Origin: Chiloscyllium plagiosum
Lineage: Eukaryota
Length of the DNA: 34,406 bases
Assembly (NCBI RefSeq): GCF_004010195.1
Contig: NC_057758.1
Coordinates: 9,137,076-9,171,481 of the forward strand
Direction: 5' to 3'
Shown: one piece after another, positions 11,775 through 22,739 of the stretch
Position numbering within the stretch: position 1 is the stretch's first letter
Layout of the letters: the number at the start of each line of letters is the position of its first letter
The notes under the pieces: generated by a model
Database searches by the model: none
Told to the model about the DNA's origin: nothing
What the model saw: the letters and a program-made list of their open reading frames with translations, nothing else
Program-made: the position numbers and the translations under genes

Positions 11775-12080
11775 GGGCGGCACGGTGGCACAGTGGTTAG
11801 CACTGCTGCCTCACAGCGCCAGAGACCCGGGTTCAATTCCCGACTGACTGTGTGGAGTTTGCACATTCTCCCTGTGTCTGCGTGGGTTTCCTCCGGGTGC
11901 TCCGGTTTCCTCCTACAGTCCAAAAGATGTGCAGGTCAGGTGGATTGGCCATGCTAAATTGCCCGTAGTCTTAAGTACGAAGGGGTAAATGTAGGGGTAT
12001 GGGTGGGTTGCGCTTTGGCGGGTCAGTGTGGACTTGTTGGGCCGAAGGGCCTGTTTCCGTACTGCAAGTAATCTAATCTA
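11775..12080 (+). mobile_element. full-length HE1-type tRNA-derived SINE with 6-bp target-site duplication (TSD)
   Basis: A box tggcacagtggtt, B box gggttcaattccc, CR1-like tail gggccgaagggcctgtttcc ending (taatc)n; TSD atttgt at 11769-11774 and 12081-12086. Confidence 0.93.
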
Positions 12081-12137
12081 ATTTGTAGCTCGGGTGATAG
12101 TTGTTGTGGTTCTGTTCGCTGAGCTGGGAATTTGTGT

Positions 12138-12178
12138 TGCAGACGTTTCGTCCCCTCTCTCGGTGACATCCTCGGTGC
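12138..12178 (-). ncRNA. minimal hammerhead ribozyme motif with core mutation (CUGA to CCGA)
   Basis: Minus strand reads GCA-CCGAGGA-U-GUCACCGAGAGAGGGGAC-GAAA-CG-UC-UGC. Confidence 0.7.
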
Positions 12179-12802
12179 TTGGAAGCCTCCTGTGAAGCGC
12201 TTCCGCTGGCATTTATAGGTGATTTATATCTGCCGCTTCCAGTGTCAGATCCAGCTGTCCGCTGCAGTGACCGGTATATTGGGTCCAGGTCGATTGCTTA
12301 TTGATTGAAATTGTGGATGAGTGCCATGCCTCTGGGAATTCCCTGCCTGTTCTCTGTTTGGCTTGTCCTATAATGGTAGTGTTGTCCCAGTCGAACTCAT
12401 GTTGCTTGTCATCTGAGTGTGTGGCTACTAAGGATAGCTGGTCATGTCGTTTCGTGGCTAGTTGGTGTTTATGGATGCGGATCATAGCTGTTTTCCTGTT
12501 TGTCCTATGTTGTGTTTTGTGCTGTCCTTGCATGGGAGTTTGTACACTACATTAGTTTTGCTCATGCTGAGTATCGGGTCTTTCGCCCTGGTGTATTGTT
12601 GTCTGAGTGTGGCTGTTGGTTTGTTTGCTGTTATGAATCCTAGTGGTCGCAGTAGTCTGGCTGTCAGTTCAGAAATGTTTTTGATGTATTTCAGTGTGGC
12701 TCGTCCTTTGAGTTGTGGCATGTCCTCATTCCGTTGTATTTCCTTTAGGCATCTGTTAATGCACCTGACTAATGCACCTGAGACACACATACGTGACCAC
12801 AA

Positions 12803-13117
12803 TAGGAAATTGACCATGGCCAATTCACTTTAACCTGTGCATCTTTGGACTATAGGAGCACACCGGAGGACACGAAGGAAACCCATACAGACACAGGGAG
12901 AATGTGCAAACTCCACACAGTCACCCGAGGTTGGAATCAAACCCGGGTCCCTGGTGCTGTTCTAAACACAGAGAACAGAGTTGAATGAGGAAGTTGGAAA
13001 AGAAAAACGTTCTGCAACGTAGGAACTGCTCAGATGATTGGATCATTGGCTGCGTTCAAGATTTTTTGGTGTGGTCTGACCTGGCGCTGTGAGGCAGCAG
13101 TGCTAACCACTGAGCCT
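12803..13117 (-). mobile_element. HE1-type SINE fragment interrupted by a 119-bp insert
   Basis: Reverse complement of HE1 (agaatgtgcaaactccacacagtc; gaggcagcagtgctaaccactgagcc); insert at 12961-13079. Confidence 0.85.
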
Positions 13118-13512
13118 TCGTGTTCATGGATGTGCCCGCTCAGTGAATTTGCCATGGGAAATGCGAGATTACCGGATAGAGGTGGAAACTTCTTGTGGGT
13201 TTCCGGGGTTTGGAGCCCTGGCATGTTCTTCCGAGGGTTAGTTCAGTCTCGAGGAGCCGAGCAGCTTCCGTAGTTATTCAATGATTCTTTGGACATAAAA
13301 AATATTCAGTCCTTCATATCAGTAGATTCGCTGAAATCACCATTTTCATGTTTTGAAAGAAAATTAATGCAGCCGCAATTATGTAACTTGGTTTAGTTAT
13401 GGTTTAAACTGTGAAGGTAGCTTATGGCCATGTCTCCAACCAAATCTCAGTGCTTACTATCTCCACACGAGTATAAACAAAATTGAGATCCTCTGCCGAC
13501 TCCTTCTGACAG

Positions 13513-14401
13513 CAAATCTCGTGGCAATTGTCATCCTACCCCAAGGAAAATGTGGAATCTCCAGCTGCATCACTCGTTACATGGTGGCCTTAGCAATGGC
13601 GGATCGACTGACGATTATCATTGAGGTCATGCTAATCCGAATCAATAGTTTTTATTGCCCGTTGCCTCTCCTGGAACTCACTGCTGTGTGCAAACTTTAC
13701 TATGTCCTGGCTCGATTAGCAATGGACTGTTCAGTCTGGTTCACTGTCACCTTTACTTTTGATCAATTTATTGCAACTTGTTGTGAGAGGATTAAAATAA
13801 AATATTGCACAAGGAAAAGTGCAGCAATAGTTCTTGCAACAGTCGGTATATTGTTTAGTTTAAAAATATTCCCATTTACTTTCGATTTCAGCCCAAGCGA
13901 ATAATTAATAATGTTCCACTGTATTGTTCTAACAAACGAAGCTAGTTTACTGACCCAAAATGGATTGGATGTAGAATGGTTAATACGATTTTAACGCCAT
14001 TGTTGCCATTTGGTTTAATTCTGTTGCTCAATGCTCTGATAGTCAGACATATATTAGTGGCTAGTCGAGTCTGTAAGGGACTGAAGTGTCATAGCAAGGG
14101 ACAGAATTATCCAGAGATGGAGATCAGGCGAAATTCTGTGATGTTACTCCTCACCATATCGTGCAGCTTCATACTGCTGTGGTTTCCGTATATTTTGTTC
14201 ATTTTTAACTTTACTGAACTCCTCGATGCCAGTTCTGAATATGTATTTGAGAAAATTGCCTATACGTTGTGAATTTTAACTTGCAGCACAAACACACTAA
14301 TTTATGTTGCAACACAGTCCAAGTTCAGAGAACAGTTGAAAAACATGGTGAAATATCCGGTTACATTAATTATGAAACTAACTCCAAAAGGAAACAACTG
14401 A
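13513..14401 (+). pseudogene. GPR139/GPR142-like GPCR, copy B, exon 2, disabled
   Basis: Acceptor tccttctgacAG at 13511-13512, phase 1, reading (A)NLVAIVILPQGKCGISSCITRYMVALAMAD; FDQF in place of FDRF; -1 frameshift near 13865; in-frame TAG 13943-13945 and TGA 14270-14272; frame resumes TNTLIYVATQSKFREQLK to TGA 14399-14401. Confidence 0.9.
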
Positions 14402-17312
14402 GAGCTGCTGAAATGATGATACGTGAATTGAAAGAGTGGCTTGCCAGAACATCGTTGGGAAAGAAAATCGAGAAGCAAGATGTATTAAGGTGTCGTGAAC
14501 AATCCACATGGAGGAACAGAGGAACTAATAAAGAACAGCAGCAGCAGGTCAAACAGAAACCTTCAGAGTGCCTGAAATAAATGAGCAGGTATAACCCAAA
14601 TCCCCAACAGCAGCAAGGCTAATCTTATATGAACGTGTATGGCCTATGGCAAAAGAGCAGGAAAATTCTCACATTCCAGTGATAAGGGGATAGGCCTATA
14701 GATAGCACCCGTCCTGCAAAGTAGGTTTGTACGAGGAAACAAAATGATGGGTTAAGCTTGTGTGCTGCAAGATACTATTCCTTACATGGCAATCAACAAA
14801 AATATCTTCTATCAGGCAGGGTAAAATGATTCAAGAAAGAAAGGATCAATCAGGCATTGAACTTTATTCACCATATTATTACCATTGATACAGGAACAGA
14901 TTAGACGCAATGGTTTATTTGGTGAGGAACTCATCGCCCCCCTCCAAAATGCGCATCCACCATCTTGAAGGCAAACGACTGAAATATAATGAGATATTCG
15001 CATTTTTTGCTGGATTTGTGCAGCTCGAACAATATGTGAGATCCGCAACCGATGCTGCACGAATTTAATTGGTAAACCTTTTTGTTAAAATCAAGTTAAA
15101 GTTTCACGTCAGAGCTGGATTCTGCCCAGAGACACATAAACGTAAGTAGTGCAGTTCAATATTCAGCTCCTGATAAAGCAGTTATCCATATATCACTGGA
15201 AATCCTTCACCTGAATACGGCCCTCAGTATTGTCTTCAGTCTTTTGATTGCTGAGGAGGTGGGGGGTGGGGGGTTGAGGGAAACTAATCAATAGAGTGAT
15301 TTATTACAATCTTACTTACATTGAATAATGATATCTGGGAATTGTTTGACATTGAGAATTGTGCACAATGGGGGAGGAAATGATTCACTTAACATTTCTT
15401 CCAAACGGTAAAGTGTGCTGAGCGGAGAGTTCGGTGCAGGATTCAAACTGTACCACACGAACCCACCCCGTAGTACCAGACAGAGGATGTTTCAGAAATA
15501 ACACAAGTTTTTTAGAGAAATGGTCAAAATGCGAAAACGTATCAGGGGTGCTTTCGATTTTTGTGCATTGGGTCTTGCACTCGGGCGTGCGGAGTTTCGG
15601 CAGTGTTCAAGAACCAACCGGACTGTGAGAGATCGGCATACCAACATGGAATCTACAAAGACAGTAAGGATAATACGAATGTATTTGCTTCTGAATGAAT
15701 GTAGCAACAAGTGTCCTTGTGGAAACGTCATTGAACTCAGAGATTCTATGCTGATGCTCTGAAGATGTATCTTCAAACAACACCATTGTCAGATGCAGCT
15801 GTTTACTTGAGGATCCCTTTTCCACGTATATAACACAGACTCTGCTTAGACACTCCGTCATTTCGACATTTTCTCATTCTACTGTATTTTTCTTTTATTG
15901 CTCTCCACAGCCATGTACAAGTTTCAGAATCTGTGAAACTTGCGGAATCACCATCAGCTTTCATTGCTATTTGTCATTGGGTTATTTCAGAAAACTGTTC
16001 TGACAAACCAGACAGAAATCTTACTTCATCGTCATTAAAAGCTACGCATGAAAGTTTCAGTTATGGAATGAGTGAAGAAAATCTTGCAGTATTTCTCGAA
16101 TCTTCTGCTGTTTCTCTGAGCAATTTTCATCAATAATTGTTAAAAATAAGACAGTAACTATGCTCAAATGACACATTGTCCTGTCTCTATCATACTGAGA
16201 GTAAATGTAAATTTGACCAACTGTGTTGTAGTCCTTAACTCTGGCCAATGATTGCCCTCACAATCTTGAATGTTGACAGTTACAGATTAGAGAACGATGC
16301 GGATAAATGAATTACGATGATCTTGGATAGATCCTTTAGGGAATGATAAAGATGGAGGCGAGTTCTAGGTTCATGTCGTTCAATGAAATACCTGTTTTAA
16401 TATCGTTTGGTGGTGGTTTCCTTCTTGATGAACGGTTTTATACAAGAAAACATTAATTCAGGCAGTACTTCAATGATTGTTGATTGATGTTTGTGTAAAG
16501 CGTCCTGTGTTTGATACATTTTGTCAATCTCCGACGATGCAAGAGAATATTGAATACTCTCTGCATTAACCAGTGCCTGGTACTGTATATGACCACGAAC
16601 CTTTCATTTTCTCCCCACTTCACACTGTCAGATTTACGAATCTCTTGGTGGAACTGTGTTTTGAGTCATACATTGAAAGTGGGATTCATTCTATCTCTGA
16701 ACCTTGCTGTATGTCATGGTGAATTGTAGCTTTTCTTTCAGACTCTCTAGTTTTGTGCATGAAAGCGACATCCACTCTGCACTGAGGCCCTGCTCAACAT
16801 TGAGTGTAGATCCCCATTTGCAGAACACCTCCCGTCCATGTACAAGGATGATCCCAAACCTTCCCGTAGCCCAGCCATTTTAACACAGCACACTGCTTGC
16901 AAGCCCATGTGTCTTCAGTGCACTAACATAGTCCAGTGAATCACAGCGCAAGCTGTGGAAGCAACATCTCATCTTCAAACTAGGCATATTCATCAACTTC
17001 TGGACTAATGTTTTGTTCAAAACCTTTAAATTGTGAGTTCATTCCTTCATTTCCATTTAGCTTTGTTTTTTTTTCACTTTCTCTATCGCCATCTTTCCCA
17101 TCACTCCGACTGCAGTGGGACGGTCTCATCTTGCCATATGGAAACAGAGTTGTTTTACCATTCACACAGTCTGATCACCTAATCTGAATTATCAACATAT
17201 TTTCGAAACCTCAGCAGTCCAACCATCTCCCAAGCAATGTTGCATAAATGCGGCTCTCTCCACACATCAACATCTAAGCTCAAAACTTGAGTTTCCTCCC
17301 TATCCATGGATA
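13521..17312 (+). repeat. segmental duplication unit B
   Basis: Colinear with unit A except for the missing 4310-8516 segment; junction at 16783/16788. Confidence 0.9.
16788..17312 (+). mobile_element. decayed Neptune-type PLE fragment, duplicate of 8517-9047
   Basis: tttgcagaacacctcccgtcc..., cagccattttaacac, caacatctcatcttcaaactaggc. Confidence 0.7.
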
Positions 17313-17374
17313 TACCCTGGACCCACTCTGGTCTCCAATATTTTGTTGTTTTCAGTTTCCCATTCGACAGAACC

Positions 17375-17795
17375 AATTCCCCAAACCACATCCCTTACCA
17401 CTGTGTCGCGCCCAGCACACCACAAACCCCGCCCATAAACACTGTGCCCCGCGCAGCATCCCCCAAACTCCACCCCAATCAATGTGACTCGCCCAGCGCA
17501 CCTTAAACTCCACTCTCAAACACTGTGCCCCGCCCAGCACATCCCAATCTCCGCTCCCAAACACAATTCTCAGCCTAGCACACCCTCAAACCCCGCTCCC
17601 AAACACGGCCCCGCCTATTGCACAAACCCCACAAACAACAATTCCCCATGCAGTGCACCCCAGGAACTTCCCCAAACACTGTAGATTGACCAGCGCTCCA
17701 CAAACACCGCTCCCCATACATTTTGCCCTGTCCAGATCATCCTAAACCCTGCCTCAACTATAATTCCATGCCTTGTGCACCACAAACCCGCACCT
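17375..17795. repeat. C/A-rich degenerate tandem repeat
   Basis: Recurring aaacactgtgccccgcccagcac and aaaccccgc motifs. Confidence 0.75.
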
Positions 17796-17796
17796 A

Positions 17797-18791
17797 TCAT
17801 GTCTCACAAACTTGATTCAGTTTTTTTGAAGAAGTAACAAAGAGGATTGATGAGGGCAGAGGGGAAGATGTGATCTATATGGACTTCAGTAAGGCGTTCG
17901 ACAAGGTTCCCCATGGGACACTGATTAGCAAGGTTATGTCTCACGGAATTCAGGGAGAAAAAGCCATTTGGATACAGAACTGGCTCAAAGGTAAAAGACA
18001 GAGGGTAGTGGTGGAGGGTTGTTTTTCAGACTGGAGGCCTGTGATCAGTGGAGTGCCACAACGATCGGTGCTGGTTCCTCTACTTTTTCTCATTTATATA
18101 AACGATTTGGATGCGCGCATAAGAGGTACAGTATGTAAGTTTGGAGATGACACCAAAATTGGAGGTGTAGTGGACACCGAAGAAGGTTACCTCAGATTAA
18201 AAATCTATCTGGAACAGAGGGACCAATGAGCAGAGAAATGGCAGATGGAGTTTAATTCAGATAAATGCGAGGCGCAGCATTTTAGGAAAGCAAATCTTAG
18301 CAGGACTCATCCACTTAATGGTAAGGGCCTAGGGAGTGTTGCTGAACAAAGCGACCTTGGAGTGCAGGTTCATAGCTCCTTGCAAGTTGAGTCGCAGGTG
18401 GATAGGATAGTGAAGATGGAATTTGGTATGCTTTCCTTTATTGGTCAGAGTACTGAGTACAGGAGTTGGGAGGATATCTTGTGTCTATACAGGACATTGG
18501 TTAGGTCACTCTTGGAGTATAGCGTGCAATTCTGGTCTCCTTCCTATCGGAAAGATGTTGTGAAACTTGAAAGGGTTAAGAAAAGGTTTACAAGGATCGT
18601 GCCAGGGTTGGAGGATTTGAGCTACATGTAGAGCCTGAACAGGCTGGGACTGTTTTCCCTGGAGTGTCGGAGGCTGAGGGGTGACCTGAAAGAGGTTTAC
18701 AAAATTATGAGGGGCATGGATAGGATAAATAGGTAAAGTCTTTACCCTGGGGTCGGGATATCCAGAATTAGAGGGCATAGGTTTAAGGTAA
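17797..18791 (+). mobile_element. CR1 LINE RT and C-terminal region, fairly young, truncated by gap
   Basis: IYMDFSKAFDKVPH, GVPQRSVL, YINDLD, KFGDDTKIGG, YRTLVRSLLEYSVQFWSP; stops at 18229 and 18631. Confidence 0.95.
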
Positions 18792-19291
18792 NNNNNNNNN
18801 NNNNNNNNNNNNNNNNNNNNNNNNNNNNNNNNNNNNNNNNNNNNNNNNNNNNNNNNNNNNNNNNNNNNNNNNNNNNNNNNNNNNNNNNNNNNNNNNNNNN
18901 NNNNNNNNNNNNNNNNNNNNNNNNNNNNNNNNNNNNNNNNNNNNNNNNNNNNNNNNNNNNNNNNNNNNNNNNNNNNNNNNNNNNNNNNNNNNNNNNNNNN
19001 NNNNNNNNNNNNNNNNNNNNNNNNNNNNNNNNNNNNNNNNNNNNNNNNNNNNNNNNNNNNNNNNNNNNNNNNNNNNNNNNNNNNNNNNNNNNNNNNNNNN
19101 NNNNNNNNNNNNNNNNNNNNNNNNNNNNNNNNNNNNNNNNNNNNNNNNNNNNNNNNNNNNNNNNNNNNNNNNNNNNNNNNNNNNNNNNNNNNNNNNNNNN
19201 NNNNNNNNNNNNNNNNNNNNNNNNNNNNNNNNNNNNNNNNNNNNNNNNNNNNNNNNNNNNNNNNNNNNNNNNNNNNNNNNNNNNNNNNNNN
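18792..19291. other. assembly gap (500 N)
   Basis: 500 N. Confidence 0.99.
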
Positions 19292-19774
19292 CTTTGTCTT
19301 TGTTCAAAAGTTCCCAATTTCAGGATTCCAGATGGATACTCTGAAATTGTCAAGTTATTGAGTGAGAAGGAACGAACTGCCTCCCCCTTCTTTACTCAGC
19401 CACTGTCTGAGCTTCTCACAACAAGGTGCAATGTAAAGGGATGCCATTCCCCTGTGTGGATGCCGTTCCCCAGCCCAAATGCATTTCTGCTTTAAAGGAA
19501 GCCAGGCCTTCTTCAATTAAAGAGGAAGCAAGTTTTCAAAGTTTGTGAGAAGCAAGTTTATTTGCTCTTAAAATGGACGTATTGAGTGTTTTCTGCGATT
19601 AAAAATGTTACTTTCTCTCAGGAAAGACATTTGGAACAACAGCTGCTTGTTTTTAGTTTGCAATTCTAAGATATCAAACAAGCCTGGGCATGTCTCTAGC
19701 GGGTAGGGATTTGGAAGCTGAACGCAGCGATTGTGTAGTGATTAAAATAGGACATGGGCAAGAACTAAGAGGGC

Positions 19775-19897
19775 CAGAAACAGATTGCACTCAGAGGCAG
19801 ATATCAGAAACAGATTGCACTCAGAGGCAGATATCAGAAACGGATTGCACTCAGAGGCAGATATCAGAAACAGATTGCACTCAGAGGCAGATATCAG
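19775..19897. repeat. 30-bp tandem repeat, 4.1 copies (cagaaacagattgcactcagaggcagatat)
   Basis: Near-perfect, one substitution in the third unit. Confidence 0.97.
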
Positions 19898-19899
19898 GG

Positions 19900-20275
19900 C
19901 AGAAGGATGTGAACTTTAAGGTGATGGTGTTGCTGGAGAGGTATCCAGTGTAGCTTCCGAAGATTTGGACAGGTAAGTCTCGAGTGAGTTACTGAAGGTG
20001 GAAGCTGTAAGGCTGACTGAGAGTGCAGGATAATCCGGTGGTAATAAAGGTGTGGATGATGATTCTAGTCAAGGCGCTGCCCGCCAGGCTTTGGTGCAAA
20101 TATCAAGGCATTGTGAGAATACGTGGGACCAAACTGTCTTTCAAACAGGACACCAATGTTGCTGACAGTGGAGATATGCCTGAGAGAAATGCTGATGGGG
20201 GAGGCGGGGATCTGGTATATATTTATTGGCAAGGAAATCCACCAAAAGCATTGATTTCAGTCATTCCATCCTTAG
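19900..20275 (-). mobile_element. possible old L2-like LINE remnant
   Basis: caaacaggacaccaatgttgctgacagt and ttgatttcagtcattcca resemble antisense L2 RT sequence; heavily decayed. Confidence 0.35.
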
Positions 20276-20279
20276 GCCT

Positions 20280-20600
20280 ATAGAGCCATAGAATTATACA
20301 GCACAAACCAGATCCTTTGGTCTAACTGGTCAATGTTGATGAGCTATCCTAAAGTAATCTTGTCCCATTTGCTCTGTCTAAACTCTTTCTATTCATGCTC
20401 CTATCCAGATGTCTTTTAATTGTTGTCATTATGCCACTTTCTCTGATAGCTTATTCCATGCACACACCACCCCCTGCACAAATAGGTCCCTTATAAGTCA
20501 TTTCCCTCTCACTCTTAAACCTGTGCCCTCTAATTTTGGACTCCCTTACCCTGCCAAAAAGACTATTCACCTTATCCATGACCCTCATGATTTTATAAAC
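20280..20600 (-). mobile_element. CR1 3' end
   Basis: catagaattatacagcaca..cctttgg tail; ccctctcactcttaaacctgtgccctcta; cctcatgattttataaacct. Confidence 0.85.
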
Positions 20601-21143
20601 CTATGTTTAATAGGAAGAAATTGCAGCTCATCCAGGGTGGGGTATCAGATAAACACTGACAAATCAGAGGCAGTTGATACATACAGAGTGATGACAAGCT
20701 GATGAGGTTTGGTCTGTTCATGTAGATACCGCCTTGTAGCTGATCCCTGCCTCTGGGCCAGACCCTGTAGGCATTGTTGGTCACAGAATTTGTGCAGGTT
20801 GCACAGCCAGGCACGTTGATGGTGAACCTGTAAGTGCTTCCAACTTGCCTGACGGCAGGGGTAAAGTGGACAAGTTTTCTGGTCATCAATCAAGTAGTAA
20901 GCAATAACAAATCACTGTAATACTCTGCCCACAGGGGGTGGACCAATACAATCAAACTCTCTGAGATGAGAATGGGAGTACAGACAGACGGTATTCATGC
21001 AGATCCTCAGATTCTAATGGATGAAGTGAGAGTGAAACCAGAGGAGAGCAGTTACACTCAGTAAAGCAATGGGGGAGGGCAAAAACCACACACAGGTCAA
21101 GAAGGGAGAGACAGTTGGGTTATCTTTGTCACAGTCATGGAAC

Positions 21144-21815
21144 TTCCATATCCGCCACAGATTCACCTGCACCTCCACCCACATCATCTACTGCATCCGC
21201 TGCAGCCGGTGTGGCCTCCTCTATATTGGGGAGACAGGCCGCATCCTTGCGGAGCGATTCAGAGAGCACCTCTGGGCCACCCGGACGAACCAACCCAACC
21301 ACCCTGTAGCACAGCATTTCAACTCCCCCTCCCACTCCACCGAGGATATGCAGGTCATTGGACTCATCCACCGCCAAACCACAACAACGCGACGGTCGGA
21401 GGAGGAGCGTCTTATCTTCCGACTGGGAACCCTCCAACCACAGGGGATGAACTTGGACTTCACCAGTTTCTTCATCCCCCCTCCCCCCACCTCGTCTCAG
21501 CCGAATCCCTCCAGCCCGGCACCGCCTTCCTGACCTGCAGTCGTCTTCTTGACCTCTCCGCCTCCATCCTACTCCGACCTATCACCCTCACCTTGACCTC
21601 TTTCCACCTACCACATTTCCAACGCCCCTCCTCCAAGTCCCTCCTCCCTACCTTTTATCTTCTCCTGCTGAACACTCTCTGCTCATTCCTGAAGAAGGGC
21701 CTGTGCCCGAAACGTCGAATCTCCTGTTCCCTGGATGCTGCCTGACCTGCTGTGCTGTTCCAGCAATAAAGTTTCAACTTTGATCTCCAGCATCTGCAGA
21801 CCTCACTTTCTCCTC
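21144..21815 (+). mobile_element. young 5'-truncated Neptune-type PLE: undisrupted GIY-YIG domain, hammerhead, 14-bp TSD
   Basis: FTCTSTHIIYCIRCSRCGLLYIGETGRILAERFREHL...PVAQHFN...EEERLIFRLGTLQPQGMN; TSD cacagtcatggaac at 21130-21143 and 21816-21829. Confidence 0.95.
21685..21720 (+). ncRNA. minimal type I hammerhead ribozyme motif, intact core
   Basis: AUUC-CUGAAGA-A-GGGC(CUGU)GCCC-GAAA-CG-UC-GAAU: stem I AUUC/GAAU, stem II 4 bp, palindromic ACGU stem III, GUC cleavage triplet ending at 21716. Confidence 0.88.
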
Positions 21816-21904
21816 CACAGTCATGGAACATCATCAGTGACATTGATAAGGTCTGTGCCTGTAAAGCAGCGTGGGGAAAATATCAGATTGAAGAGATTCA
21901 AATT

Positions 21905-22169
21905 TATGACCTTAGGAGCAGCATGAGGCCAGTCAGCCCATCAAATCTGCTCCACCATTCAATGAGATAACGGCAGATTTGATAATCCTGAACTCCAATT
22001 TCCTCCATTTTCCCCATTACCTTGATTCCCTCATTAAAAGTCTGCCGATCCCAGCCTTGAATATATCTATAATATGGAGCATTATAGCGCAGTACAGGCC
22101 CTGCTGCCCTCGATGCTGCACCGACCTGTGAAACCAGTCTGAAGCTCATCTAACCTACACTATTCCATT
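21905..22169 (-). mobile_element. two abutting CR1-type 3' end fragments
   Basis: ttaggagcag..aggcc..cagccc..ctgctccaccattcaatgagat, and cattatagcgcagtacaggccc. Confidence 0.7.
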
Positions 22170-22420
22170 AGTGAGTTTTGAGAAGATTTGTAGCTCAGGT
22201 TGAGGTTTTGGATGTAGGTTTGTTCGCTGAGCTGGAAGGTTCATTTCCGACGTTTCGTTACCCTACTAGGTAACATCTTCAGTGGGCCTCAGGCGAAGCA
22301 ATGCTGAGAATTCCTGAGTTTTATTTATATGTTCGGGTTTCTTTGGGTTAGTGATATCATTTCCTGTGTGGATGTTATTTCCAGTGGTGAAGTCACTTCC
22401 TGTGCCTTTTCTCAGGGGGT
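22170..22420 (-). mobile_element. Poseidon-type PLE 3' tail
   Basis: gagaagatttgtagctc..gttcgctgagctgg..gacgtttcg is homologous to 11763-11774 + 12081-12150. Confidence 0.8.
22246..22286 (-). ncRNA. minimal hammerhead ribozyme motif, intact core, weak stem I
   Basis: Minus strand reads CCA-CUGAAGA-U-GUUACC(UAGUAG)GGUAAC-GAAA-CG-UC-GG. Confidence 0.8.
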
Positions 22421-22469
22421 TACACATCGAGTTAGACCCCAACTACCACCCCCTGAGTGAGAGTGTATT

Positions 22470-22640
22470 GCTTCTTTTGCTGAGGGTAGAAATGTCAATT
22501 GCTAGGGGATATGGGTTCAAGGTTAAAGTAGGAAAGTTTAAGAGAAGCAAGTTTTGTTTTACCCAGAGGGCGGTAAGTACCTCGAATGCATGGCCAGAGG
22601 AGATGATGAAATGTTTTAGAGACAGATTGACAGATGCATA
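22470..22640 (+). mobile_element. CR1 3' fragment
   Basis: RVEMSIARGYGFKVKVGKFK..FTQRAVSTSNAWPE. Confidence 0.75.
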
Positions 22641-22739
22641 AACAAGCAGGACCCAGACTTTGCAGAGCCAAAAGCTTTTTATGTTTGAAAGGAATCATGC
22701 ATTAGCGTATTCTTCGTGGGACATGATCAAATGCATCGA

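Larger units (their letters stand above)
11750..12770 (-). mobile_element. Poseidon-type Penelope-like element, 3' portion (GIY-YIG domain plus tail), interrupted by a SINE
   Basis: Peptides LKYIKNISELTARLLRPLG, TNVVYKLPCKDSTKHNIGQTGKQL, RIHKHQLATKRHDQLSLVATH..HEFDWDNTTIIGQAKQRTGREFPEAWHS; tail matches 22170-22260. Confidence 0.88.

Noticed and set aside
11775..11845. tRNA-like A and B boxes (also at 31713)
   Set aside because: SINE heads, not tRNA genes
13150..13245. Possible exon 1 of copy B (…FPGFGAL)
   Set aside because: No YY motif, no GT donor at the expected position, similarity too weak
15911..16136. Good splice acceptor followed by an open frame
   Set aside because: The equivalent region in duplicate A has stops and indels; no recognisable protein
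20593..20893. Overlapping minus-strand ORFs
   Set aside because: No recognisable motif; probably decayed repeat or chance ORFs
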